DNA from: an uncultured Clostridium sp.
GTDB lineage: Bacteria > Bacillota > Clostridia > TANB77 > CAG-508
Direction: 5' to 3'
DNA length: 64,000 nt
Assembly: GCA_900554175.1 (NCBI GenBank)
Contig: USGK01000005.1
Coordinates: forward strand, 3,707 to 67,706
The translations under genes and the position numbers were made by a program. Below, one piece after another: positions 1 through 10,270 of this stretch; the first letter of the stretch is position 1; every line of letters starts with the position of its first letter. The notes beneath the pieces are model-generated. The model saw only the letters and a list, made by a program, of their open reading frames with translations. It searched no databases and was not told where the DNA came from.

Positions 1-833
1 ATAATTTGAGAATCTCCTAAAACATTTAAAGCTTCAGCAATATTTCCTGTATAAAAATACTTTTCTACACACGTTTTATCTTCTAACATTGAAATTATTT
101 GTTCAATAACTGCTTCATCTCCCTGTATTTTTGAAAAAGACATTAAAACAATATTATATTTCTTTTTTCTTAATAATTGTATCAATTCGACTATCTTTTT
201 ATTATATTCTATTTGATTATCTTCAACACCATCCTTATTGACATTAATAACAGATATTATTGCTTTTTTTGAATTTGTAATATTTACATTACTAACATCT
301 AAAGTAAATACTATATCTGAAGCATGTCTAACATTTGGAAGTTCTTTAAATAAATCATATGAATACTTATCTCTAAAACAAACATCCTTTATTTTGGGAA
401 ATATCAAATCATTATGCATTTTTATATATTCTTTTGTTCTTACAGGTCCAAAATTTGCACCAATAATATAATTATTACAATTACTATTGAATAAGCTATT
501 TTTATAGATTTCAAAGTCCATATTATCTTTTTCCATAAAAATAGACCCTCCTATTGTTATTACATTATCATACTTTTTTAAATCTTCTAATAATATAACT
601 TTTTTACTTTTTATAAGTTTAAAGAACTTATTGCAAATAGCTTTAATAATAATTATTAAATTTTTTTTATTATATATCTTTATATTTTCATTATCACATA
701 ATACATCTTTATATTCATATTTTGAATTCATATCAAAATTATAATTTTTATATCTTTCAAGAAAAACTTTCAAAAATAAATCATCACCTAAGTTTTTTTG
801 AAAATATCCCTTTATTAAGTTTTTTTCATTCAT
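1..833 (-). CDS. polysaccharide pyruvyl transferase family protein (partial; C-terminus beyond window start)
   Basis: Uninterrupted minus-strand frame from ATG 831-833 to the window edge (edge-truncated, so absent from the ORF track). Hand translation MNEKNLIKGYFQKNLGDDLFLKVFLERY...IGANFGP...RHASDIVFTLD fits CsaB/WcaK-type pyruvyl transferases. Confidence 0.6.
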   Translation of the reverse strand, partial: MNEKNLIKGYFQKNLGDDLFLKVFLERYKNYNFDMNSKYEYKDVLCDNENIKIYNKKNLIIIIKAICNKFFKLIKSKKVILLEDLKKYDNVITIGGSIFMEKDNMDFEIYKNSLFNSNCNNYIIGANFGPVRTKEYIKMHNDLIFPKIKDVCFRDKYSYDLFKELPNVRHASDIVFTLDVSNVNITNSKKAIISVINVNKDGVEDNQIEYNKKIVELIQLLRKKKYNIVLMSFSKIQGDEAVIEQIISMLEDKTCVEKYFYTGNIAEALNVLGDSQI

Positions 834-941
834 TTCTTTCTAAATATAGTTTTTTATCAAACTATATCTCCCTCCCTCTTCATTTTATAGTATTGTATAT
901 ATTCGTGTATTTATATAAAAAGTTTTAACACATTTAATTAT

Positions 942-1895
942 CTAAAATCCTAAAAAATGTTTTACACAGTATTTAATATACTTTTTAAAGTTCTTCTTTT
1001 TCCATTCTTTTACACACCTTTTGGCATTTTCCTTTGAATAATCATATCCAAATAATTTCAATGCACTCATTATCACATGTATATCAACAGTGAAAGTAGT
1101 TATATAGTGAGCCAATGAAGCATTAAATAGATACTTTTTTTCATTTTCCAATTTTTCTTGCAGAATTTCACTTGATATTTCTTTAATAAATTTTTCTTCT
1201 CTTTTATACACTTGATACAAATACCTGTACATTTCCTTATATATTTTTTTCATTGCTTGATTTTCATTTACACAATTATAGTCGTATGTAATTTCTTCAA
1301 ATAATCCTATACTTTTTATACATTTATAATAATCAAGCAAGAATATCAAATCTTCTGCAAATGGAATATCTGCCTCAAATTGAATTTTATTTTTTTTTAT
1401 TATGTCTGCTTTAAATATTTTTCCCCAAGGAGCAGATGAAACTTTATGTATAAAATCAAAATATTTTATATTTATTTCTTTTCCTTTTAATATTTCATTG
1501 TCATATTTAAACTCTAATATTTCATTCTTTTTTATCATTTTAAAACTTGTACATGCCAAATCAAGTTTATTCTTTTGAATGAAATTATATAAATTACTTA
1601 TATAATTTTTTTCAACCCAATCATCGCTATCTACAAATACAATATAATTTCCCCTACTTTTCTCAATTCCAAAATTTCTTGCATTTGAAACGCCACCATT
1701 TTTTATATGATAAACATTTGCTCTTTCATCTATCCTAGAAAAATCATCGCATATTTTACCAGATAAATCATTAGATCCATCATCAATTAATAATAATTCA
1801 AAATTTTTGTAATCTTGTTCTAATATTGATTTAATACATCTGTTTAAAAATAATTCTGAATTATATATTGGAATAATTATAGATACTAATTCCAT
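942..1895 (-). CDS. family 2 glycosyltransferase
   Basis: IIPIYNSE, DDGSND and DSDDW motifs of GT-A/GT2 enzymes. Confidence 0.85.
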   Translation of the reverse strand: MELVSIIIPIYNSELFLNRCIKSILEQDYKNFELLLIDDGSNDLSGKICDDFSRIDERANVYHIKNGGVSNARNFGIEKSRGNYIVFVDSDDWVEKNYISNLYNFIQKNKLDLACTSFKMIKKNEILEFKYDNEILKGKEINIKYFDFIHKVSSAPWGKIFKADIIKKNKIQFEADIPFAEDLIFLLDYYKCIKSIGLFEEITYDYNCVNENQAMKKIYKEMYRYLYQVYKREEKFIKEISSEILQEKLENEKKYLFNASLAHYITTFTVDIHVIMSALKLFGYDYSKENAKRCVKEWKKKNFKKYIKYCVKHFLGF

Positions 1896-1930
1896 TTCCT
1901 TGATACTCCTTTTTAATTATTTAACTTATA

Positions 1931-2470
1931 TTATTTTTTTACCTTTGCGGGAACTCCAACTAATATTGCTCCTTCTTCATAACAAGATTTAGTTACTACT
2001 GCATTAGCACCAATTTTAACATTATTTGCAATAAATACATCTCCTATTACTTTAGCACCAATACCAATATCCACATTGTCCCCTATTACAGGAGCTTTTA
2101 CCGAAGTATCTCCCTTATTTCCAATACAATTTTCCCCATGTAATTGACAATTTTTTCCAATCTTTGCTTTTCCGTTTACAACTACACTTCCATAATGCCA
2201 AATCTTTAAACCTTCTTCAATACAATTTGGCCACATTGTTAATCCATATTTAGACCCTAATAAATTCTTTCTTATTTCCCAAATATAATAACGCAATTTA
2301 TGATTCATATTTTTATGATATTCCATATATCTAAGCGAAACTATAAATTTCCATATCAAATAATCATGGTCTGATAATAAGAATAATTTTATTTTTTCTT
2401 TTTTATTTTTAAAATATTTTTTTTCATCTTCTTTTAAAACATATTTCAATTCATTTCTACTTCTTATCAT
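1931..2470 (-). CDS. hexapeptide-repeat O-acetyltransferase (serine-acetyltransferase-like, polysaccharide type)
   Basis: C-terminal left-handed beta-helix repeats IGDNVDIGIGAKVIGDVFIANNVKIGANAVV. ATGA overlap with the upstream gene. Confidence 0.8.
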   Translation of the reverse strand: MIRSRNELKYVLKEDEKKYFKNKKEKIKLFLLSDHDYLIWKFIVSLRYMEYHKNMNHKLRYYIWEIRKNLLGSKYGLTMWPNCIEEGLKIWHYGSVVVNGKAKIGKNCQLHGENCIGNKGDTSVKAPVIGDNVDIGIGAKVIGDVFIANNVKIGANAVVTKSCYEEGAILVGVPAKVKK

Positions 2471-3639
2471 TTATTTTTCTCCTTGTCTGGTAATCTATTT
2501 TCAGAATAAAATATTTTTACAACTGGCAACCCAATTACATATATAATATACATAAATAATCCATTTGTATATGCTAAAAGTAGTATGCTGACCATAAATA
2601 AAAATGAATGTTTAATATTATTTGAAAATGAAAAGCTTATAATTAAATAAGCTGATATAATCAAATAAATAAAACCATATCCCAATAATATATTAACCAA
2701 ATCGTTATGTGCATGCAAGGCCGTTCCAAAATGCCTTAAATAAATTTTTCTCAATTTTTCCATACCTATTCCAGTAATTTTTTGTTTCATTGTTGTTTCA
2801 TTAAAATAATAATCTCTACCTAATTGTGTCATTTCATCTCTACCATTAGAAATCGTGCCTCTTTCAGCTGCTGAAATAGTCTTTTTAACTAATGGATTAT
2901 TTATTAGTACTCCAGTATATATACCTATAACGGTTAAAATTGGTAAGACTAAAAAACAAACTATTATTTTTTTACTATAATTTGTTCTTTTAAAATCTAA
3001 AAACAAATATATAATCAAAACTAGAAAAGCACTTCTTACCGCTGTTGCTATTATCATAACTGTCATTATCATTTTTAAAATTAGAATTTTCTTATAATTT
3101 TTTTTATTTCTAACGCAATTACACATTGCATACATAACCAACAAAGTATATGCTAAAGAATGATTTAATGAATATGGTCCTCTAAGCGATAGTGTAGAAT
3201 TATCCTGTAAATATAAACCTTTACCTAGAAATAACCAAATAATAACCATAGAAATTACAGCTAAACTGGTAAATATAGTGACTTTTTCTTTTGATTTAAA
3301 AAATTCATAGCTTACTTTATAAAAGTCATCATTCTTATAAATAAATATTAAATACATTATAAAAAAACAAAAATACAGATTATCTGTTGAGAAAAAAGAA
3401 GTTATTGAATTAGCATTTATAACAGTTAATGCGCATAATAATACTGTAAAAATCATTTTAAACATCTTACGCTCTATTACATAAGTTAACATTATAAATA
3501 TAAAAAATAATATTATAATTGGTAAATTCAAAATCTTAATTCTATCATTACTTATACAATTTATAATTAAATTTAAAATTGGATATAATAAAACAATATT
3601 GCAAATTATTTTATAAGCTTTTTCTTTATTTATATTCAT
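2467..3639 (-). CDS. repeat-unit polymerase, Wzy-like (Wzy_C/O-antigen ligase family membrane protein)
   Basis: Polytopic membrane protein. The LHAHNDLVNILLGYGFIY segment resembles the Wzy_C signature. Confidence 0.65.
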   Translation of the reverse strand: MNINKEKAYKIICNIVLLYPILNLIINCISNDRIKILNLPIIILFFIFIMLTYVIERKMFKMIFTVLLCALTVINANSITSFFSTDNLYFCFFIMYLIFIYKNDDFYKVSYEFFKSKEKVTIFTSLAVISMVIIWLFLGKGLYLQDNSTLSLRGPYSLNHSLAYTLLVMYAMCNCVRNKKNYKKILILKMIMTVMIIATAVRSAFLVLIIYLFLDFKRTNYSKKIIVCFLVLPILTVIGIYTGVLINNPLVKKTISAAERGTISNGRDEMTQLGRDYYFNETTMKQKITGIGMEKLRKIYLRHFGTALHAHNDLVNILLGYGFIYLIISAYLIISFSFSNNIKHSFLFMVSILLLAYTNGLFMYIIYVIGLPVVKIFYSENRLPDKEKNK

Positions 3640-3640
3640 C

Positions 3641-4612
3641 CTATAACCACCTTATTTTTTTTATAATTCTCTCTAATAAATTCATATTTATTCTTGCAAT
3701 TTTCATTAGTATTATATCTCTAAATTTCATATTAGAATTTATTTTTATTTTTTTCACTTGTTCATTTAGAATATCTTCAGCATATTCTAATTCTTTATCG
3801 AAGTTAGCATTTGATCTAACAATTTTTTTGATAATGCTTAATGATGCAATTATTCTTCGATAAAAAATAGCATTTTGATTTACATTACAATTTTTATCAA
3901 TAAAATCACACATCTCCATACTCAAAATTAGAGAATCCATATTTTTGCTTTTAAAACTCATATGTGATATACTATCACTTCTTATAAAATAAAAATATAG
4001 TTTTTTCTTGCCTAAAACTACACTTTTAGCTTTATAAAATAACTTATAAGTTGTTCCAATATCCTCAAATAACATTCCTACTGGATATTTAACTCCATCC
4101 AACAACTCTCTCTTATATAATTTTCCCCACGCACTACATTGTATTTTTTTATTATACAATAACTGCTCTAATGCATCATTAGAATTAAATATTTCAATGC
4201 TATCATTTATCTCATTTACTTTTATGTTATCTTCTGAATTATAAAACGACTGATATCCACATATAGAAATATCTCCATTATATTTTTCTATTAAATTCAG
4301 TAAGTATTCTATATAAGATGTATGTATCATATCATCACTATCAATAAACGCAATATAATCACCAGTAGCATATGGAATTCCATAATTTCTTGCATCTGAT
4401 AACCCACCATTTTCTTTCACTAATAATTTTATTCTATCATCTTTTTTCTTGTATTCTTCGCAAATTACTTGTGAATTATCTGTTGCACCATCGTTCACTA
4501 AAATTATTTCTATGTTTGAATAAGTTTGATTAATTACATTGTTTAAACAACGACTTAAATATTTTTCAACATTATAAACAGGAATAATAATCGTAACTTT
4601 TTTATTGTTCAT
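3641..4612 (-). CDS. family 2 glycosyltransferase
   Basis: IIPVYNVEKYL, NDGATD, DSDD motifs. Confidence 0.85.
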   Translation of the reverse strand: MNNKKVTIIIPVYNVEKYLSRCLNNVINQTYSNIEIILVNDGATDNSQVICEEYKKKDDRIKLLVKENGGLSDARNYGIPYATGDYIAFIDSDDMIHTSYIEYLLNLIEKYNGDISICGYQSFYNSEDNIKVNEINDSIEIFNSNDALEQLLYNKKIQCSAWGKLYKRELLDGVKYPVGMLFEDIGTTYKLFYKAKSVVLGKKKLYFYFIRSDSISHMSFKSKNMDSLILSMEMCDFIDKNCNVNQNAIFYRRIIASLSIIKKIVRSNANFDKELEYAEDILNEQVKKIKINSNMKFRDIILMKIARINMNLLERIIKKIRWL

Positions 4613-4627
4613 TTTAGCCTCCTAGTA

Positions 4628-5737
4628 TTATTTTAAAATAGCATCATTTAATTTTTCTATTGATTTCTTTCTATATTCATTTAATATTCTATTTACATTT
4701 TCATAATCAATTTTTCTTTCTACCCATGAATAGTCATTATAATCTTTTAGAATTCTATCTTGACAATTAGTAAGCTCTAAAATATTAGTAATTCTAGTAC
4801 TAGTCTCTTTTGGCAAAATATCAATAAATTTTCTATTAAAAATTAAAGAAAATACCGTACCATGAAAAGAGTCCGTAACCACATATTCCGCATTTTTAAA
4901 ATATGCCATGAATTCTTGAGGTGTTGGTAAAAAAATCCCCTTCCCACCTCTAATTAAATTTTGCATAGAAGGACAAATTCTAACTAATTTCAATCCGATT
5001 TTTTTGCTAAAATTCTTTGCATATTCAACAAATTCTTTATTATCATGTAACTGATAAACCAGTACATACTTGTCATATCTAGGTCTTACATCAATAATGC
5101 TGTTCCATTCATCCTTATTTAATAACAAAGTTGGATCAAGAACTAATTCCACATTATTAATCCCAAGTTGATTTATTATTTCAACTGCGGATTTTTCTCT
5201 TACAAGAATTTTGCTATATTTATCAAGATACTGTTTCATTTTTAATTTAGTTTCATTTGATATATTAGTTTTACCTATACTAGCAGCATATGATATACAC
5301 TTTTTTCCTTTAGGAGCAAATTCTAAAAAGTATGATTTATCACAATCTTCATTTCCTATTTTTCCCCATATCTGATCACTGCCAGAGCAATATATATCAG
5401 CTTTTGGTGGATTATTTTTTAATTGTTCAAAAGATGTATACTCTATTTCAGTTTGTCTCAATAATTTCTTTCTAAATTTTTTAAATTTTTTATAAGAATA
5501 TAAATAATTTGGAGTCTGAATTAAAAAATATATACTTCTTGTAATAATATTTTTTTTCCAAAAATCTGAATTATTGCATAATGTCTTTGCAATGTTCTTT
5601 CCTTGTTCTTCATCTTTTGTATAATCTATTATTTCACATTCATATCCTAATTTTTCAAATGCTCTTTGAGTTGCATAACTTTGTAATATAGATCCATAAT
5701 TTGCAACCGAATGTCTAGTTATAACATCTATTTTCAT
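4628..5737 (-). CDS. polysaccharide pyruvyl transferase family protein
   Basis: MKIDVITRHSVANYGSILQSYATQRAFEKLGYE N-terminus typical of the PS_pyruv_trans family. Start placed at ATG 5737 behind AAAGGAG; the ORF-track start 5776 lies deeper inside the upstream gene. Confidence 0.75.
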   Translation of the reverse strand: MKIDVITRHSVANYGSILQSYATQRAFEKLGYECEIIDYTKDEEQGKNIAKTLCNNSDFWKKNIITRSIYFLIQTPNYLYSYKKFKKFRKKLLRQTEIEYTSFEQLKNNPPKADIYCSGSDQIWGKIGNEDCDKSYFLEFAPKGKKCISYAASIGKTNISNETKLKMKQYLDKYSKILVREKSAVEIINQLGINNVELVLDPTLLLNKDEWNSIIDVRPRYDKYVLVYQLHDNKEFVEYAKNFSKKIGLKLVRICPSMQNLIRGGKGIFLPTPQEFMAYFKNAEYVVTDSFHGTVFSLIFNRKFIDILPKETSTRITNILELTNCQDRILKDYNDYSWVERKIDYENVNRILNEYRKKSIEKLNDAILK

Positions 5738-6854
5738 TTTTTTCTCCTTTATTAATGAATTCAATATATTTATCAACTAATTTTACTGCTTCATCTTCTA
5801 TTGAATATCCAGCCTTTACAATTTTTTCTTTCTGATTTTTTCTATCATATGTAAGATTAAACAAAATTTTTTCTTTCCATTCTTTAAGATTATTTTTTTC
5901 AATTCCTAGATAATATACATTATCTGTAATTTCTGTTTCTCTTGTCACTTTATCACTAAATAAACACTTTAATCCAGCCGCTTGTGCCTCAATTCCTACA
6001 ACTGGTAGACCTTCAAATAATGATGGTAAAATGAATATATCCATTACTTGATAAAGTTCATTTACATTATTTACATTTCCCATAAATTTAATTGACTCAT
6101 ATATATTTAATTGTTTAGCTTTTCTTTTTATAAATTCTTCAAGTTCACCATCTCCTATTAACAATAAGACTGCATTAGGTTCTTCTTTTAAAACTTCCTT
6201 AAAAATTTCTAATATATAGTCATGATTTTTTTGTTCCATAAATCTTCCAACATGACCAATAACAAATTTATCATTTAAATTCATTTCTCTTTTTAATCTA
6301 TTTCTAATATTTTCGTTATAAATAAATCTATCAACTTCAATTGCATTATGTAGTACCATATACTTATTATCTTCTACTATTTTATTTCCAAAATAAAATC
6401 TTACAGCATCAACACCGCATCCCCAATAGTTATTTGCAACCTTTTTTAATTGAGTTTTATATAATAATTTCAAAGGTTTCTTTAAATTTGGCTCGATTTT
6501 TGTATTGTGAGCATGACAAATTCTTGTTTTAATTCCATATTTATATGCCGCATATAATGATTGATATGCTAATTCTCCATTATGAGAATGCATTATTTTT
6601 ATTTCTGGATTTTCTTTAAATACTTCAAACATAAATTTTTTATATTCAAGAAATTTTAATGGATTTAAACCTGGAGAATGAAAAATTCTTCCTCCCAAAG
6701 ACTCAATTTCTTTATCATAAGCACCTGGCTTTGTTTTATTGCATAGAAAATCAAATTGAACTTTTTCTCTATCAATATGACGATAATAATTCATAAGCAT
6801 CGTTTCTATTCCAGCTCTATCCATATTACTTACAGAATGTAAAACTCTTATCAT
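5715..6854 (-). CDS. GT4 (glycosyltransferase family 1 fold) glycosyltransferase
   Basis: FILPSLFEGLPVVGIEAQAAGL, the E-x7-E region of GT4 enzymes. Confidence 0.85.
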   Translation of the reverse strand: MIRVLHSVSNMDRAGIETMLMNYYRHIDREKVQFDFLCNKTKPGAYDKEIESLGGRIFHSPGLNPLKFLEYKKFMFEVFKENPEIKIMHSHNGELAYQSLYAAYKYGIKTRICHAHNTKIEPNLKKPLKLLYKTQLKKVANNYWGCGVDAVRFYFGNKIVEDNKYMVLHNAIEVDRFIYNENIRNRLKREMNLNDKFVIGHVGRFMEQKNHDYILEIFKEVLKEEPNAVLLLIGDGELEEFIKRKAKQLNIYESIKFMGNVNNVNELYQVMDIFILPSLFEGLPVVGIEAQAAGLKCLFSDKVTRETEITDNVYYLGIEKNNLKEWKEKILFNLTYDRKNQKEKIVKAGYSIEDEAVKLVDKYIEFINKGEKNENRCYN

Positions 6855-6863
6855 TTTATTTGA

Positions 6864-8054
6864 TCAATCCTCCCGTTTTCTTAAAAATTTTTTTAAAAGA
6901 TTTTTTATTTTCATTGGAATAATATTTCTTAAAATCTTTTTTATTGTAACTTTAGGTCTCAATTTTTCAGTTATATATTTTTTAGTACTAAACTCATCTA
7001 TATCTAAATAAATTTTTTCTCTTTTTGTTGTTCTTTTTGAAGGTTCAATTAGATTTCTATTACGACTAGCTGCAAAATCTAAGTTAGTTTGTATACTTTC
7101 AATTCTATTTTTTATTTGATTAAACAATTCTTCACCTTTAGTATTGTTAATTAAAATTAATGAATTACCACTTTTATCTGAAAATTCAGGATGAATATCA
7201 TCTATTCCCCAATAATCTGCTAAGGTAATATTAGATACTCTATTGTAATTAGTATAATGGCATTTATAACAATTTTCTCGATAAGTATTGCTCTCTAAAA
7301 AGTTACTATAATATGGATCAAAATCAGGTTCTCTATATCTTACTTTACCATCAGTTGTTTTTATCTCACTAACTAGTCCCCAGCCCTTTTTAGCTTTACT
7401 TCTAAAATTGTAACTAATTACCTTTGATTTAAATTTATCTGACAAATAATCTAAGTATTTATGAAATAGCTTTTGACTTGGTACTCCATGACATACTAAA
7501 TCACAAGTTATTAAATTATCATATTCTTTAATTAAAAAACTATTTAATCCTGCTATTTGACAAGGTGTACCAGTGAAAAATACTATTCTACCTTCTTTTA
7601 ATAATGTTTCTGTTTCTTTATATGTTTCGCCTATATTAGACTGAACATATTTTGAACTTCTTAAAGGCTCTAGCTCTTTTCGACTTTCTGCTTTTATATG
7701 ATTAACATTTAATTCATCATCATATGCAGCACCAAAAACTACCCCATCATTTTCAAAGACATAATCAGCTATAACTGAAAAAATTCCTCCTGATGAACTT
7801 TTTGATAATTCTTCATTATTTTTACTTCTCATTGCAAATGCTTTTGGATATTCATTATCAATTTCTTTATTTTTTTTCAACTGAGGACAAACTTTACTAC
7901 ATAAACCACAATTAATACATCGTTCATTATTTATTTGTGGATATAAAAAACCTTCTTCATCTTCTACCATTGAAATAGCCTGTTTGTGGCATTTTTGCAC
8001 ACAGCTACCACAACCACAACATTCATTTTTCTTTACAATTTCTATTGTATCCAT
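6864..8054 (-). CDS. FrhB/FdhB-like (coenzyme F420 hydrogenase beta-subunit family) protein with N-terminal 2x[4Fe-4S] ferredoxin motif
   Basis: CCGCGSCVQKC and CINCGLCSKVCP cysteine clusters followed by an FrhB-like body. Start moved to ATG 8054 (AAAGGAGAG upstream); the track start 8087 is TTG without an RBS. Contains the only uninterrupted in-frame CGG I found (6873-6875). Confidence 0.7.
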   Translation of the reverse strand: MDTIEIVKKNECCGCGSCVQKCHKQAISMVEDEEGFLYPQINNERCINCGLCSKVCPQLKKNKEIDNEYPKAFAMRSKNNEELSKSSSGGIFSVIADYVFENDGVVFGAAYDDELNVNHIKAESRKELEPLRSSKYVQSNIGETYKETETLLKEGRIVFFTGTPCQIAGLNSFLIKEYDNLITCDLVCHGVPSQKLFHKYLDYLSDKFKSKVISYNFRSKAKKGWGLVSEIKTTDGKVRYREPDFDPYYSNFLESNTYRENCYKCHYTNYNRVSNITLADYWGIDDIHPEFSDKSGNSLILINNTKGEELFNQIKNRIESIQTNLDFAASRNRNLIEPSKRTTKREKIYLDIDEFSTKKYITEKLRPKVTIKKILRNIIPMKIKNLLKKFLRKRED

Positions 8055-8093
8055 AAACTTTCTATGCTCTCCTTTATTTTTAGTCAAAACATC

Positions 8094-9203
8094 TTACTTT
8101 TTGTATAACTTTTCAGTCTTACTCACAACCTCATCCCAATTATACTTTTCCAATATATAATCAGAAATTTCTTGCTCATTTTTTCTATTTAAACCATCTA
8201 AACATAAATTTAATTTTTCTACTAAATCATTCAGATTGCTCTTTCTAAAAGTCATTCCATATTTTCCACATATTTGTGTATTTTCTTCTATATTACTTAC
8301 TAAACAGTTTTTACCATAACTCATTGCTTCTAATAGACTAATTGGCATTCCTTCTACATCACTTGGTAAACAATACAAATATGTATTACTAAATAGTTCT
8401 TGTAGCTCTTCTCCCTGAACAAATCCTGTCATTATTATTCTTGAATCCTCTGATGCTTTTTGTTTTATTTCATTATAAAAATCATTTGTATGACTTGCTC
8501 CTCCTGCTATAACTAGCTTTTTATTTGTATTTGTTTTTTTGAATGCATCTATTAGTAAATCTAATCTTTTTTCTGGTACTATTCTTGCTAAATATAATAT
8601 ATAGTCATCTTTTTTTAGATTGTATTTTTCTTTTATTATCTTTGGCTCTTTTATTGTTGGTTTATTTACACCGTTTTCTATAAAATTAGTTGCTCTGTTA
8701 TATGTTTTTTTGAAATATTCTTGTACTCCCTTTGATAAAACTATTATTTCATCAGCATATTTTGCTGCCATCTTTTCTCCAAATTTTATGTACTTTGTTG
8801 CAAATCCTCCCCATTTAGATCTTTGCCAGTCTAATCCATGTATTGTTACTACTGTTCTTTTTTTGAATAAATGCGGAATCCATAGCATTGCACAACTGCC
8901 TTCTGCATGATAGTGAATGCAATCATATTTACCAAATAAAACTCTTATACTTGCAAAAAAGGAATAAATTAATGCATCTAATCCCTTTTTATTTATTGTA
9001 AATACTGTTTTTATATTTACACCTTTATATTCTTTTATCTTTTTTGTTTTTATGTTTTTATCTAATACATTATTTCCTTTTCTGTTATATACATCTACTA
9101 TATAACCTTTTTTTGCTAATCTAGTTGATAGCTCTTCAACTACAATTTCGACTCCACCTTCTCTTGACGGAATACGTTTGTGCCCTAACATTGCTATTTT
9201 CAT
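8094..9203 (-). CDS. GT4 glycosyltransferase with DUF1972-type N-terminal domain (WchF/rhamnosyltransferase-like)
   Basis: MKIAMLGHKRIPSREGGVEIVVEELSTRL N-terminus and HGLDWQRSKWGG motif. RBS AGAGGAG. Confidence 0.8.
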   Translation of the reverse strand: MKIAMLGHKRIPSREGGVEIVVEELSTRLAKKGYIVDVYNRKGNNVLDKNIKTKKIKEYKGVNIKTVFTINKKGLDALIYSFFASIRVLFGKYDCIHYHAEGSCAMLWIPHLFKKRTVVTIHGLDWQRSKWGGFATKYIKFGEKMAAKYADEIIVLSKGVQEYFKKTYNRATNFIENGVNKPTIKEPKIIKEKYNLKKDDYILYLARIVPEKRLDLLIDAFKKTNTNKKLVIAGGASHTNDFYNEIKQKASEDSRIIMTGFVQGEELQELFSNTYLYCLPSDVEGMPISLLEAMSYGKNCLVSNIEENTQICGKYGMTFRKSNLNDLVEKLNLCLDGLNRKNEQEISDYILEKYNWDEVVSKTEKLYKK

Positions 9204-9303
9204 TTAATTATTCTCCTCTTATTTTTCACCTTTGCTTTGAAACACTGATACTACTGTCCATATCAATATTTTTATCGTTTCTTATTTAAAATTCTAATTT
9301 TTT

Positions 9304-9530
9304 TTATTTTAAAAATTTTATATATTTTGTTGCAAATCCTCCCCATTTAGCTCTTTGCCAATCTAATCCATGTATTGTAACTACAACTCTTTTTTTGAAT
9401 AACTTTAATATTGGTAACATTACACATGAACCTTCTGCATGTACATGAACAATATCATATCTTTTAAATACAATTCTAATTGTAGCAAATAATGAATATA
9501 TTAAAGCTTCCAACCCTTTTTTATTTATAT
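9304..9530 (-). pseudogene. internal remnant of a second DUF1972-type glycosyltransferase
   Basis: The 69-aa ORF (EALIYSLFATIRIVFKRYDIVHVHAEGSCVMLPILKLFKKRVVVTIHGLDWQRAKWGGFATKYIKF) aligns to roughly residues 76-143 of the 8094-9203 protein. The stretch 9320-9400 is close to 90 percent identical to 8790-8870 by eye. It lacks both the N- and C-terminal parts. Confidence 0.75.
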
Positions 9531-9535
9531 TTTAA

Positions 9536-10270
9536 TTATACAGCTCCTTCATTTTTAAAAACTTTTACTACTGTACTAAACAAAAGTTGTATATCTCTTT
9601 TAAAACTTCTTTCACGATAATAAACCATATCCATATTTAGTCTTTCTTCAAAGTTTACTTCACTTCTACCATTAACTTGCCAATATCCTGTAACTCCAGG
9701 TTTGCACTTAGTAATACAAGCATAATAGCTTCCCATATCTTCTTTCTCTCTTGGCAAATAAGGTCTTGGGCCAACTAAACTCATCTCACCTCTAAATACA
9801 TTAATAAATTGAGGGAATTCATCTAAACTAGTTTTTCTTATAAATTTTCCAAGTTTAGTTATTCTTGGATCATCTTTTAATTTTTTATTTATTCTATATT
9901 CTTTTCTTGCCTTTGGATTTTCTTTTAAATATTTTTCTAATTTTTCATCTGCTCCTACTACCATTGATCTAAATTTCCACATTTTAAATAATTTTCCATT
10001 TTTTCCAATTCTTAATTGTGAATAAAATAAAGGTCCTTTGTCCTTGCTAAATAGCTTTGCTACAAAAAGGCCTATAGTTATTGGAATTAAAGCAATTATT
10101 CCTGCCAACCCTCCTAATATATCTACTGTTCTTTTTGCACTCCTTTGAAATATTTTATTCCATACCCCATGTTTGTCTATTGTGTTATTTACTGGTACTA
10201 ATGCTGTTATTTGATTTTTATGTACACTTTCATTTTCAGCATAGTCTAACTGCATATTTGCAATTTCCAT
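9536..10270 (-). CDS. initiating undecaprenyl-phosphate sugar phosphotransferase (bacterial sugar transferase family)
   Basis: One TM segment followed by PLFYSQLRIGKNGKLFKMWKFRSM...DEFPQFINVFRGEMSLVGPRP, typical of WbaP/EpsL-type C-terminal domains. Confidence 0.85.
   Translation of the reverse strand: MEIANMQLDYAENESVHKNQITALVPVNNTIDKHGVWNKIFQRSAKRTVDILGGLAGIIALIPITIGLFVAKLFSKDKGPLFYSQLRIGKNGKLFKMWKFRSMVVGADEKLEKYLKENPKARKEYRINKKLKDDPRITKLGKFIRKTSLDEFPQFINVFRGEMSLVGPRPYLPREKEDMGSYYACITKCKPGVTGYWQVNGRSEVNFEERLNMDMVYYRERSFKRDIQLLFSTVVKVFKNEGAV

Noticed and set aside
9304-9513. The 69-aa ORF as a functional small gene.
   Set aside because: It has no RBS and begins mid-domain relative to its full-length paralogue 100 nt downstream. 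I call it a remnant.
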